DNA of 64,000 nucleotides from an uncultured Gammaproteobacteria bacterium (GTDB lineage: Bacteria; Patescibacteriota; Patescibacteriia; Magasanikbacterales; JBBTQS01). Position 1 is the stretch's first letter; each line of letters begins with the position of its first letter. A program made the position numbers and the translations under genes. The stretch is from the NCBI GenBank assembly GCA_964627525.1, contig CAZVIA010000003.1, positions 21,367 through 85,366 on the forward strand, given 5' to 3'. Shown here piece by piece: positions 26,902 to 36,480 of the stretch. The notes beneath the pieces are model-generated. The model saw nothing but the letters and a program-made list of their open reading frames with translations, was not told the DNA's origin and ran no database searches.

Positions 26902-27905
26902 ATTTTTGGATTTTTAAACAAGTCCTTGTTTTTTATTATTATTCTTTCAAAAGGTGCTTTAAATGGCTTTCCGTCTTTTTCAATCCATAGTGTCGCTTTG
27001 TCTCCTTTAAATCTAATGGTTTTTTCAACCTGCACACCTTTACCTATAATTTCAAATTGGTCAGGGTTATATTTTGTTAAAAATGTTATTGGAACTCCCA
27101 TCTCGCCTTTATAATCATATGGTATGTTTTTTGTTTTGTTGACATCAATTCCATTGTAATTATAGTAATTTGGATATTTCTCGGAGTCGTAAGATTCGGT
27201 CAATATCATTCTGTCGTGACGATACGATACATCTAGGTTTGTATACCATTTACATGCTCTAGGCACAGAACCTTCTGGGTTTTTTGAAAGTAGTAGAGTA
27301 TTATCAATTAAACGAAAGCCAGTTAACTGCTTGGCGTAACCAAGCCACATTTTGTCGTCTTTTATGTGACTAAAGATTTCTTTATATGTTATGGCTGTTA
27401 AGGGGCCAATGACTAAAAAATTCATTTTATTTTTAAACATTGTGTCAATGAATTCTCTAAATTGACTAAATGGCGGGTTTGTTATTACTAAGTCATATTT
27501 TGAATAATCAACATCCTGAAATTTAACACCTTTACCTGTTGCAGGATTATATCCGCTGGCAGAAATAGATGATATGTCATAAGTGTCAGCGTGAGCCACT
27601 AGAAATTTAACAAAATTACATTTAATCAAAGACAACTCTTTTTCTATTTTCTTTTTTGATGCTTTAATATTTATTTTTTTTATTGTTCCTCCGCTGTCTA
27701 GTAGATTTGATGGGGTGATGTAACCTTCTTCTTTGAAAACAATTTCTTCTTCATAACTTTCATCCCAATCACAAGGGCATAATATTCTTTTACTTTTTAG
27801 TTGCTCCTTATATAAAGAAACTTCTTTTGATATGTCTTCGTATAAAGTGTAGAATTCATCGTCCTTGGCCTTATTTGCTTTGTATAGTGATTTTTTAGTG
27901 CCCAT
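26898..27905 (-). CDS. EcoRI-methylase-family N6-adenine DNA methyltransferase
   Basis: Collinear with M.EcoRI as recalled: DEFYT, CPCDWDE, DLVITNPPFSQFREF, KMWLG, CKWYTNLDV, GVPITFLTKYNPDQFEII. Overlaps the downstream nuclease gene by 4 bp. Confidence 0.8.
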   Translation of the reverse strand: MGTKKSLYKANKAKDDEFYTLYEDISKEVSLYKEQLKSKRILCPCDWDESYEEEIVFKEEGYITPSNLLDSGGTIKKINIKASKKKIEKELSLIKCNFVKFLVAHADTYDISSISASGYNPATGKGVKFQDVDYSKYDLVITNPPFSQFREFIDTMFKNKMNFLVIGPLTAITYKEIFSHIKDDKMWLGYAKQLTGFRLIDNTLLLSKNPEGSVPRACKWYTNLDVSYRHDRMILTESYDSEKYPNYYNYNGIDVNKTKNIPYDYKGEMGVPITFLTKYNPDQFEIIGKGVQVEKTIRFKGDKATLWIEKDGKPFKAPFERIIIKNKDLFKNPKI

Positions 27906-27919
27906 ATAAATTTATTTTG

Positions 27920-28030
27920 GGCAAACAAAAAAGGGTGCCCGAGTTGCGAACACACCTTTCAGAATCCTTGCGGATCCCTACAAGCGGTTTTCGGGACACC
28001 CATCTCTACGCTCGTAGAGCGGGTGCCAAA
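27920..28030. other. GC-rich structured intergenic element of about 110 bp between divergent genes
   Basis: Nested complementary segments GGGUG-CCCGA...UCGGG-A-CACCC, and a CTCTAC-gctc-GTAGAG hairpin; composition is unlike the flanks. Confidence 0.3.
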
Positions 28031-28159
28031 AAAGACCCAAAATCCGCATTAAATTTTTAATTCTGAAAAATGTGTTCGCACTAATATGATAACAGAAATG
28101 TACATATAAAGTAAATGTGCATATTGATTTTTCTACCATTTTTGTTATGGTTTAGGTAA

Positions 28160-29296
28160 ATGAAAATTAAAATTATTATGGATATAACAGATATCGAAAA
28201 TGAATTGAATTCCTTGTATAAGAGTGCAAAGCGTTCTATTGAAAAAGGCTTGTCTTTTGATGTGTGCGTAGATATATACAAATATATAGATTTCATTGAT
28301 AAAAATGAAATATTGCATAAAATAGCAATTGATATTATATCTGTGCGTGAACCATTGTCGGATGAAAATAGGAATCTTGTGGAGAAAACAAAGTATTCGA
28401 TAGTAAAAAAATATGATTTTGCTAAAAAATTTATAGATAGAAGTAATGATTTAGAATTATTAAAACTTTCAAAACAGTTTGTTGAATATTCCGACGAGAG
28501 ACAAACAGGTCTTCCTAGGGAGTTTGATAGGTGTAGGGTAATGCAAAGTAGTCTACACTCAATCATGCGTAGACTTGAACAACTCAATTTAACAAATGAG
28601 ATTTTTCAAAATGAGAATTGGTTGTTTTTAAATAAAAAAATGGATGAGTGTTTTAAGTTGCTTTTTGAATCAGAGAGAAAATTATCCCTAGAAGCAATAC
28701 TAGAACCTTGGGGCGCGTTTATAAAATTAAATGATATGCACACAGGTATTGAAGAGTATAGAGTGGGCAAAAGAGAATACGATGATGGTTTTTATGCATC
28801 AAGTGTTTCTATAATCAGAGATGAGTTTGATGAATTAAGAAATAATATTAAAAGTAACTATAGGTGGGTATTTGTGGATGAGGATTGGGGCAGGATTTTA
28901 GACCTGGTTCAAAAAGAATTTGTAAAGAGATTAGAAAATCAAAAACTCTATTTTATTACTAAAAAAGGAAAAAAGTTTTTTTATTTAAACAAACTGATTA
29001 ATTTTGATTACAAAAACCCGCCTAGATATTTAAGGTCATTTATTGTTTTGTTTAAACTTCAACCATTTGGCGGTTCTGTGTCTTATGATGAGTGCCTATT
29101 AAAGGCAAAAGAATTAGGTTTTTCAGATATTTTAGAAAAAAAAGACTTGCAGAATGACTTAACAGTTTATTCATCCAGTCTCTACAGGAACACTGGTCTC
29201 CCAGCTAAAAATGAAAATAGTGTTTACTTGATTAAGACCGATAGGAAACAAAAAGGTTTTTTATTTAACAATTCCATCATCATAAATAACAACTAG
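28160..29296 (+). CDS. hypothetical protein of 378 aa on the mobile element
   Basis: Clean ORF; the antisense ORF 28081-28587 is rejected as non-coding. Confidence 0.5.
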   Translation: MKIKIIMDITDIENELNSLYKSAKRSIEKGLSFDVCVDIYKYIDFIDKNEILHKIAIDIISVREPLSDENRNLVEKTKYSIVKKYDFAKKFIDRSNDLELLKLSKQFVEYSDERQTGLPREFDRCRVMQSSLHSIMRRLEQLNLTNEIFQNENWLFLNKKMDECFKLLFESERKLSLEAILEPWGAFIKLNDMHTGIEEYRVGKREYDDGFYASSVSIIRDEFDELRNNIKSNYRWVFVDEDWGRILDLVQKEFVKRLENQKLYFITKKGKKFFYLNKLINFDYKNPPRYLRSFIVLFKLQPFGGSVSYDECLLKAKELGFSDILEKKDLQNDLTVYSSSLYRNTGLPAKNENSVYLIKTDRKQKGFLFNNSIIINNN

Positions 29297-29441
29297 TAAA
29301 GTCTTATTTACGCTAGTGGATGGCTATCAAAGTAGCTGTTTTTTTGTTTAATTTAAGCCTGTGTATGGGTGGTGTTAGTGTTTTGATAGCATAAGAAATA
29401 GGTTGGATACTAGAGATATTAATTATTAATATAATATTAAT

Positions 29442-29690
29442 ATGGAATATCTCAAAGAATCAGACCATTTCAAAACCACAGACATGTCTTTGGTTTCGAC
29501 ATTAATTTACTTAGGTTATCAAATAACTGCAATTGATGATCACAATCCATCAAAAGTGCATTTTGTAATAAAGCGAGATGGTAAAACAGATGAGGTGATT
29601 CAGTCTTACTGGAATAAAGAATTATCTGTTGAGCCACTTGCTTTTTTTAATTGTATTAAAGAAGTAAAAACAAGAATACGTAATACATAA
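29442..29690 (+). CDS. small hypothetical protein of 82 aa (DUF5659-like, phage-associated small protein)
   Basis: FKTTDMSLVSTLIYLGYQITAID...VHFVI pattern. Confidence 0.3.
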   Translation: MEYLKESDHFKTTDMSLVSTLIYLGYQITAIDDHNPSKVHFVIKRDGKTDEVIQSYWNKELSVEPLAFFNCIKEVKTRIRNT

Positions 29691-29856
29691 AGCATGTTAT
29701 CAGAAAAGTCAATTCAGAAATTTCAAGAACTGTACAAAAAACAGTTTGGGATTGGTTTGTCTGAAAAAGAATCTCAAGAAAAAGCAATACAATTACTTGA
29801 GTTATTTAAAAAAGTTTACAAGCCAATAACAATTAGAAAAATTAGATTAAAATTAT

Positions 29857-31146
29857 ATGACAATAAATAAATTTGAACCTTTGGGTTCAGAAGAGCTTGT
29901 AAAAATACTAGGCACCACAATAAAGCAAGATGAGACAAACAAAGTTGTAACTTTCTTATGCCAGCTTTCTGCCTATGGAGCTGACAATCAATTTAATATT
30001 TCATTCAATGCACCTAGTAGTACTGGTAAGAGTTTTATCCCAACTGAGGTTGCAAGGCTTTTTCCAAAAGAAGATGTAGTTAAAATAGCTTATTGTTCTC
30101 CAACAGCTTTTTTCCACGACGTTGGTAGAGCAGATGAGAAATCAAAAGGTAAAATAATTGTTGATTTATCAAGAAAAATAATGATCTTTTTAGATCAGCC
30201 ACACATGCAACTATTAGAAAGGTTGAGACCATTACTTTCACATGATGAAAAGGAAATAAATATAAAAATTACAGATAAATCTCAGAAGCAGGGTCTGAGA
30301 ACCAAAAACGTAATTATCAGAGGTTATCCGTCCGTGATTTTTTGTACCGCAGGGCTACGAATCGACGAGCAAGAAGCCACACGTTTTCTTTTGCTCAGTC
30401 CAGAAATTAATGAAGAAAAAATACGCCAATCTATTGAAGAAACAATAAAGAAGGAAGAGGACGATGATTATTACAGAAAAGTCCTTGAAGGTGATCCAGA
30501 CAGGGTGTTGCTAATGGAGCGAATAGTTGCAATAAAAGAAATGGGGATTGAGAATATAAAACTACACAATGCGAGTTCTCTAAAAGAACAATACTTGTCA
30601 AAAAATAAAAAATTACTCCCAAGACATCAAAGAGACATAAAGCGTTTTATTTCAATTGTTAAGTGTTTTGCTTTGCTTAATTGTTGGTGGAGAAGTGTTG
30701 AGGGTAAGACAATATTAACAAGCGAGGATGATGTTAAGGAGGCTTTCAAAATTTGGGATGTGCTTTCAATTAGTCAGAGTCATAATTTACCACCATATAT
30801 ATTCCGTTTCTATAACGACGTGCTGATTACTGCGTGGGATGAGTTAGGTCTTAAAAACAAAGATGAGATGTTGGTTGATATAGACTCGAAGGGATTAACA
30901 ATGAAGCAAATATTAGATAAACATTATAAAGTTTATGGAAGAATGTTGGATGCATATCAATTAAGAACACAAATACTTCCGATGCTGGAAACTTCTGGCT
31001 TGATAATTCGTGAAAAAGATGAAAGTGATAAGCGTAAAAATCTGATTTGCCCGAGTTCTATTTATTTTCAACAAAACAGTGTTGTACTGGCTGATAATGA
31101 GGAAGAGATTGAAGAATGTAATTCATTAGATAATATAGTGTTTTAA
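29857..31146 (+). CDS. P-loop NTPase, phage/plasmid replication-associated (primase-helicase or VirE-like), putative
   Basis: Walker A NAPSSTGKSF and Walker B IMIFLDQ; mobile-element context. Confidence 0.4.
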   Translation: MTINKFEPLGSEELVKILGTTIKQDETNKVVTFLCQLSAYGADNQFNISFNAPSSTGKSFIPTEVARLFPKEDVVKIAYCSPTAFFHDVGRADEKSKGKIIVDLSRKIMIFLDQPHMQLLERLRPLLSHDEKEINIKITDKSQKQGLRTKNVIIRGYPSVIFCTAGLRIDEQEATRFLLLSPEINEEKIRQSIEETIKKEEDDDYYRKVLEGDPDRVLLMERIVAIKEMGIENIKLHNASSLKEQYLSKNKKLLPRHQRDIKRFISIVKCFALLNCWWRSVEGKTILTSEDDVKEAFKIWDVLSISQSHNLPPYIFRFYNDVLITAWDELGLKNKDEMLVDIDSKGLTMKQILDKHYKVYGRMLDAYQLRTQILPMLETSGLIIREKDESDKRKNLICPSSIYFQQNSVVLADNEEEIEECNSLDNIVF

Positions 31147-31149
31147 AGG

Positions 31150-31758
31150 GTGGGGTGTATGAAAAAACAATCAAAAGAATTAACAAAGTATTTAGATAAA
31201 AACGAGTTGAAAAAGGTGAAAAAGAAATTAATACACGCTGACATAGAATTCACCCCTAGACACGTTCTTAGTGATTTTGATATCAAACTAGAGAAGTACG
31301 AGAAAAGCACGGGAAAACAAAAAATAAAGGCTAAAAAAGCACTTCTGGAGTCGTTAGAGAGGGCTGTTTTTGTTGTGGGTTTGGATAATCATTTTCCATT
31401 AACAGAAATAATAAGTTCTGATAGAAACAGGGGGTTGATGGTTGATTTTGCTGACAGTCTTGTTGAAGAATATAAATGTAAAACATCTTATGAAAAAGCA
31501 TTGGTTCACTTAGTGGTTGGGTCGTATGCTAAATATTTAGAGTATTCAAAGTTTTTTAATACATGTAGAAAAATTGAGTATTTAACAAAAGAAAAAGTTG
31601 ACTATTACTCCATGATAGCCAAAGAAGCAGATAGGGCTCATCGTAGTTTTATTTCAGCACTTACTACATTACAACAAATTAAATCTCCACCAATAAAAGT
31701 AAGTGTTAAAGCCAATACAGCTTTTGTTGCTGAGAATCAGCAATTGAATAAGAACTAA
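31150..31758 (+). CDS. hypothetical protein of 202 aa
   Basis: ORF with a GGGTGGGG SD. Confidence 0.4.
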   Translation: MGCMKKQSKELTKYLDKNELKKVKKKLIHADIEFTPRHVLSDFDIKLEKYEKSTGKQKIKAKKALLESLERAVFVVGLDNHFPLTEIISSDRNRGLMVDFADSLVEEYKCKTSYEKALVHLVVGSYAKYLEYSKFFNTCRKIEYLTKEKVDYYSMIAKEADRAHRSFISALTTLQQIKSPPIKVSVKANTAFVAENQQLNKN

Positions 31759-31759
31759 T

Positions 31760-32095
31760 ATGAAATCATTGTCTAACAATAATTCAGGAAAAAAATTATT
31801 AACTGATCAGTGTGAACAGATTAAGATTTCTGACGTTTTTAAACGTGTTAAAACAGGTTATATCAGGTGTTTGAAAGAAAAAATGGTGGTAAATGGTGGA
31901 AATATTAGTTTGAAAAAAAGTAGTGTAAACAATGGTGGGGTGCGTTATTGGTTCGCATGCCCCTTATGCGGTGTTAGATGTGGGATTTTGTACAAAAGTC
32001 CTTTAGGTGAAAATATTGGTTGTAGAAAGTGTTTAAATCTTGATTATAGATCTAGGAGATATAAAGGAATGATTGAAAATATAAAAATTAAGTAA
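31760..32095 (+). CDS. hypothetical zinc-ribbon protein of 111 aa
   Basis: CPLCGVRCG...CRKC. Confidence 0.4.
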   Translation: MKSLSNNNSGKKLLTDQCEQIKISDVFKRVKTGYIRCLKEKMVVNGGNISLKKSSVNNGGVRYWFACPLCGVRCGILYKSPLGENIGCRKCLNLDYRSRRYKGMIENIKIK

Positions 32096-32224
32096 TATAA
32101 TAAAAGTGCTTACCCAACTTATTAAATACACATGCCAGCTTGCTAATTGTAAAGGGTGGTTCTACCAGCAAGCGCTTTGTGTGTGAGTTGGGTAAGCTAG
32201 AACCATCCTTTTTAGATTTGTTTT

Positions 32225-33832
32225 ATGAAAAAAGATAATAGTAAAACTTATTTCCTTTATGCACGAAAAAGCTCAGAGTCAGAAGATAGACAAATGCAAA
32301 GTATTGAAGATCAAACAGAGAAATTGGAAGAGCTAGCCAAGTTAAAAGGATTAAAAATCAAAGACATATTTACAGAAGCAAGATCAGCCAAAAAACCAGA
32401 CAATAGACCTGCTTTTACTGAAATGCTTGATAGGTTGAGTAAAGGCGAAGCTGATGGTATTTTGTGTTGGAAAATAAATCGTCTTACAAGGAATCCTATT
32501 GATAGCGGTAAGTTAAGTTGGATGCTGCAACAAGGAATTATTAAATCAATTCAAACTTATGATAGGGAATATTTACCAACTGATAATGTGATTCTTTTTA
32601 ATGTTGAGAGTGGAATGGCTAATCAATATATTTTAGATTTGAGCAAAGATGTAAAAAGAGGAATGGAAAAAAGAATAAGAAGTGGTTGGAAAAATGGACA
32701 AGCTAATATTGGTTATTTGAACCATAGAGATCCAATAGAAGGTTTAAAAACAATTATTAAAGACCCCGATCGTTTTGGTTTGGTGAGAAAAATGTGGGAC
32801 ATGATGCTAACAGGAAATCATTCTGTTTCAGATATTTTAGATATAGCAAACAATAAGTGGGGTTTTCGCACGAAAAGAACAAGAAAAAAAGGTGGGACAC
32901 CATTATCAAAAAGTACTCTTTATAAAATATTCAATAGTCAGTTTTATGCTGGGATTATTGAGCATAAAGAAGAAGTGATCATTGGTAAACATGATTCAAT
33001 GGTTACATTGGATGAATTTGACCGTGTTCAAGAATTACTAGGCAAAAAAGGGAAGCCAAGACCTAAAACACATAAGTTTCCATATACAGGCACAATAAGA
33101 TGTGGTGGTTGTGGTGCAATGATTACAGCAACAAAGAAAAGGAAGTATATAAAAGTTGATAATTGTTATAGGGAATATGTTTATTATCACTGCACAAAAC
33201 AAAGAAAGTATGTTAAATGCAATCAACCAAGTTTGAAAGTTGAAGAGTTGGAAGAACAAATAGATAAACAACTACAAAGTATTACTATTTTGCCAGAATT
33301 TAGAGATTGGGCTTTAGAAGCTCTTAATGAAATGAATGATCAAGAGATTCTTGATAGAGGTAAGATATATGAATCACAACATAAAACATTAGTACAAACA
33401 CAAAGAGAATTGGATAATCTAACTAAGATGAGATATAGAGATCTTATAGATGATGAAATGTATGTAAAAGAAAAAATAGATTTACAAAATAAAATTACAA
33501 AACTAGAAGTTTCGTTAAGAGATACAGAATCAAGAGCGAAAGAGTGGTTAGAATTAACTGAGAAGACTTTTGATTTTGCAACTTATGCAAGAGTTCATTT
33601 TAAAAACGGAGATTTAGAGACAAAAAAACAAATCCTTAGAACTATTGGAACTGAATACACACTAAGGGACAAAGTATTGGAAATTAAGCCAAAAGAATGG
33701 TTAGTGCCTATTAAAGAGGGTTATCCAGCACTTGAAGAAAAATATTACGCATTAGAACTGGATAAAACCCCTATAAATAAAGAACAAAACAAGGCTTTTG
33801 CCTTGCTTCGTTCACAATGGTTCGGGGACTAG
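32225..33832 (+). CDS. large serine recombinase (phage-integrase type)
   Basis: N-terminal resolvase catalytic domain YARKSSESEDRQMQSIEDQ...RLTRN, a recombinase domain, a Cys4 zinc ribbon (CGGCGAM...HCTKQ) and a coiled-coil tail. Confidence 0.85.
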   Translation: MKKDNSKTYFLYARKSSESEDRQMQSIEDQTEKLEELAKLKGLKIKDIFTEARSAKKPDNRPAFTEMLDRLSKGEADGILCWKINRLTRNPIDSGKLSWMLQQGIIKSIQTYDREYLPTDNVILFNVESGMANQYILDLSKDVKRGMEKRIRSGWKNGQANIGYLNHRDPIEGLKTIIKDPDRFGLVRKMWDMMLTGNHSVSDILDIANNKWGFRTKRTRKKGGTPLSKSTLYKIFNSQFYAGIIEHKEEVIIGKHDSMVTLDEFDRVQELLGKKGKPRPKTHKFPYTGTIRCGGCGAMITATKKRKYIKVDNCYREYVYYHCTKQRKYVKCNQPSLKVEELEEQIDKQLQSITILPEFRDWALEALNEMNDQEILDRGKIYESQHKTLVQTQRELDNLTKMRYRDLIDDEMYVKEKIDLQNKITKLEVSLRDTESRAKEWLELTEKTFDFATYARVHFKNGDLETKKQILRTIGTEYTLRDKVLEIKPKEWLVPIKEGYPALEEKYYALELDKTPINKEQNKAFALLRSQWFGD

Positions 33833-33891
33833 GATTTGAACCTAGATTGGCGGTACCAGAAACCGCAGTCCTACCATTAGACGATCCCCGA
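33818..33891 (-). tRNA. tRNA-Gln (anticodon CUG)
   Basis: Cloverleaf with acceptor TCGGGGA/TCCCCGA, a 3-bp D stem, anticodon loop TTCTGGT, T-arm CTAGG-TTCAAAT-CCTAG, and an encoded CCA. Overlaps the recombinase 3' end by 15 nt. Confidence 0.85.
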
Positions 33892-33938
33892 GGTTGGGCG
33901 AAATTTGTTGAACAAATTTCGCCCATAAAACAAAATTT

Positions 33939-35642
33939 TTACATAACTTCACCACCAAAAGCTTCTGCTAGATCACTTAAGTCCTTCGGTGCTTCAGAAG
34001 GCTTTAAACCATCAGAAGGTCTCACAACAGCAGGTGAGGACGATCCAAAAGCTGTGGCAGTATCTTGTACCATACCATCTTTCACAACACAGTCAAGTTC
34101 AATTCTTTCGCCAAATAATTCTTTTAAAGCATCTTCAACACAGGCTTTGTTTTTTATTTCCTTAATTTTGTCAGCATGAAAAGAAAAAGGCAAATTCACA
34201 ATCAACTTACACCCTTCAATTTTTGCTGGTTCAGCCATTTTTAAAACAAAACTCAAAGAATTATTTTCTTTTTGTACTAAGCTTACACACTCACTCCAAC
34301 GCGATTTAATATCTTCAACAGATGATTTTATATCTCCATGAAAACTATGCACAATTTTTTCCTTAACTTCTTCAACAACTTCACCAACTTTTTCTTTAAT
34401 AGATGTTTTTTGTGCGAGAGGTTGGGGCTCGTTAGGTTTAGGTTCAGCTTTTACCTCTTGGGCATTGGTTTGAACGTCAGTAGTAGTCCTAGTATTAGCT
34501 TCAGTCCTAGTTTCAGCCCCAGCTACAACTTGGCCATCGTCACACAATTCAACAATCGCCATTTCCAACGGCAAATTTGGCAAAGGAGCGCTTGGTGTCT
34601 TAGTTCGCGCTTCTAAAAATTTACTTAAAATTTGTACAAAATTATTATTAGAAAATCCTACAGCCAACTTACGCATTTTATCCATAGTTTCTACATCATA
34701 AACACTCAACTCCTCATCATTTGCAGCATCAAATTTTATCAACATTGTTGTGCGCACTAAATCAATTAAGTGTGTACAAAAAACATAAAAATTTATAGCA
34801 ACATTATCTAATTCAAAAATAATTTTTAAACCTGTGCTTGCATTTTTTTCACTAACAGCTTCCAGAATTTTTACAGCTTCATCAGTAAAAAGTTTTGGCA
34901 AAATGTTTTCACAATCACTAACACTAATTTTTCCATCCTTAATACTTAAAACTTGCCCCAACAAACTTTCTGCATCACGCAAACATCCTTCAGACAAACC
35001 AGCTATGCGATTCAAAACTTTTTCATCAACTTCACGCGATTCATCTTTTAAAATCCTCAACATTTTTTCTTTAATCAAACCATGTCCAACTCGTCTAAAA
35101 GAATATTCTTCACAACGTGACCGAATAGTAGCTAATAATTTATGAGCTTCGGTTGTTGCTAAAATAAAAATCACATGTTCAGGTGGCTCTTCCAAAGTTT
35201 TTAACAAAGCATTAAAAGCACTTGTTGAAAGCATGTGCACTTCATCAATAATAAAAACTTTATACTTAGATGAAGTTGGCGCAAACTGAACATTATCAAT
35301 TACATATTCCCGCACTTTATCAACACCAGTATGACTTGCTGCGTCAATTTCAATAACATCAATAATTTGTCCGTTTTTATAAGCAATACATTGCGGACAT
35401 TTTTCACAAGGTTCAGCAGTGTCTGTTCCATCATCACCACTTTTACGATCAGTACAATTTACAGCTTTAGCTAACAACCGAGCGATTGTAGTTTTACCAA
35501 CACCTCTTGGTCCAGCAAACAAAAAACTGTGCGCCATGCTATTTTTTTTCAGCGCATTAGTTAAAGTTTGTACAATATGATCCTGCCCAATAATATCCCC
35601 CCAACGTTGTGGGCGGTATTTGCGGTATAAAACCGAACTCAT
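33939..35642 (-). CDS. dnaX: DNA polymerase III subunit gamma/tau
   Basis: FLFAGPRGVGKTT Walker A, an AAA+ clamp-loader signature and a Cys4 zinc module. Confidence 0.85.
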   Translation of the reverse strand: MSSVLYRKYRPQRWGDIIGQDHIVQTLTNALKKNSMAHSFLFAGPRGVGKTTIARLLAKAVNCTDRKSGDDGTDTAEPCEKCPQCIAYKNGQIIDVIEIDAASHTGVDKVREYVIDNVQFAPTSSKYKVFIIDEVHMLSTSAFNALLKTLEEPPEHVIFILATTEAHKLLATIRSRCEEYSFRRVGHGLIKEKMLRILKDESREVDEKVLNRIAGLSEGCLRDAESLLGQVLSIKDGKISVSDCENILPKLFTDEAVKILEAVSEKNASTGLKIIFELDNVAINFYVFCTHLIDLVRTTMLIKFDAANDEELSVYDVETMDKMRKLAVGFSNNNFVQILSKFLEARTKTPSAPLPNLPLEMAIVELCDDGQVVAGAETRTEANTRTTTDVQTNAQEVKAEPKPNEPQPLAQKTSIKEKVGEVVEEVKEKIVHSFHGDIKSSVEDIKSRWSECVSLVQKENNSLSFVLKMAEPAKIEGCKLIVNLPFSFHADKIKEIKNKACVEDALKELFGERIELDCVVKDGMVQDTATAFGSSSPAVVRPSDGLKPSEAPKDLSDLAEAFGGEVM

Positions 35643-35644
35643 AA

Positions 35645-36445
35645 TTATTCTTCGTTAATAAAATATTCAACCGCAGCCCATTTGCTTGGTGCGTCTTTTG
35701 GTGTTAAAACCACAACCTGCTGACCAGCTCTTCCTTTATGATAAGTAATAGCTGCAGTTAAAACTCGATACGGACTGTTCTCACATATTACACGATAAGT
35801 ACCATCTTCCTCAAGTACTAATTCTCCAACCCTGCGATCTCGTTCAATTGGCCCAATTTGTTTGAAAATCAACGTGCCGTTTATGGTTACTGTAACTTTT
35901 AATAAATCTCCCTCAACCAACTTGGATTTTGAAGCATAATTAGGTGGGATTGGATATGATTTTCCATCATGACCAACCATTCCTTCGCCATTAAAAACAC
36001 CTTCATGAATATCTGCAGAACTTTCTGTTGTTGTAAAAACAGGGGAGTGTGTTTTTGGAATTAAATTGTCTGGAGTGTCTGGCAATGGTGGGTTTGAAGA
36101 ATTTGAAAAATCCGAAATATTTGAAACTACTTGTTCGTTTTTTTCTCCTAAAACGGTTTTAAGTTTAAAAAGTAAATTTTCAATTTGTGAAATATAGTTG
36201 CCAACTGTTTGGGCTTGTGTTTGAGTTTGGTTGAGAGTTTCAGTCTTGATTGAAATAGACTCATCTAAAATCGCAGTTGGAGTTTCAGTCTCGGCTGAAA
36301 TAGGCACTGAAGTAACAAATTCATTTTCTTCTTGAGCTATTGTACTTGGAAGCCCAGTATCTTTTTCGGTTTGCCCAGATGCGTTTTCTTCTTCAGGCAT
36401 GATGTCATTAATATGCGATTGTAAAATATCGTTTATACCATTCAT
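35645..36445 (-). CDS. hypothetical protein of 266 aa, co-transcribed with the VirB4-like ATPase and dnaX
   Basis: Its stop abuts the dnaX start. Confidence 0.45.
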   Translation of the reverse strand: MNGINDILQSHINDIMPEEENASGQTEKDTGLPSTIAQEENEFVTSVPISAETETPTAILDESISIKTETLNQTQTQAQTVGNYISQIENLLFKLKTVLGEKNEQVVSNISDFSNSSNPPLPDTPDNLIPKTHSPVFTTTESSADIHEGVFNGEGMVGHDGKSYPIPPNYASKSKLVEGDLLKVTVTINGTLIFKQIGPIERDRRVGELVLEEDGTYRVICENSPYRVLTAAITYHKGRAGQQVVVLTPKDAPSKWAAVEYFINEE

Positions 36446-36480
36446 ATTTTTTTTGGTTTTATTAAAATTTGTTTTAAGTT

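Larger units (their letters stand above)
25600..33832 (+). mobile_element. putative integrative element at the 3' end of tRNA-Gln (serine-recombinase type); the left boundary is not identified
   Basis: A large serine recombinase gene overlaps the tRNA 3' end. The cargo is defence and phage-like genes (methyltransferase, DUF262-HNH, P-loop NTPase, small proteins). Confidence 0.45.

Noticed and set aside
28081-28587. 168-aa minus-strand ORF
   Set aside because: It is antisense to the 378-aa gene at 28160-29296 and its product is low-complexity and Ser/Ile/Leu-rich. It is a shadow ORF.
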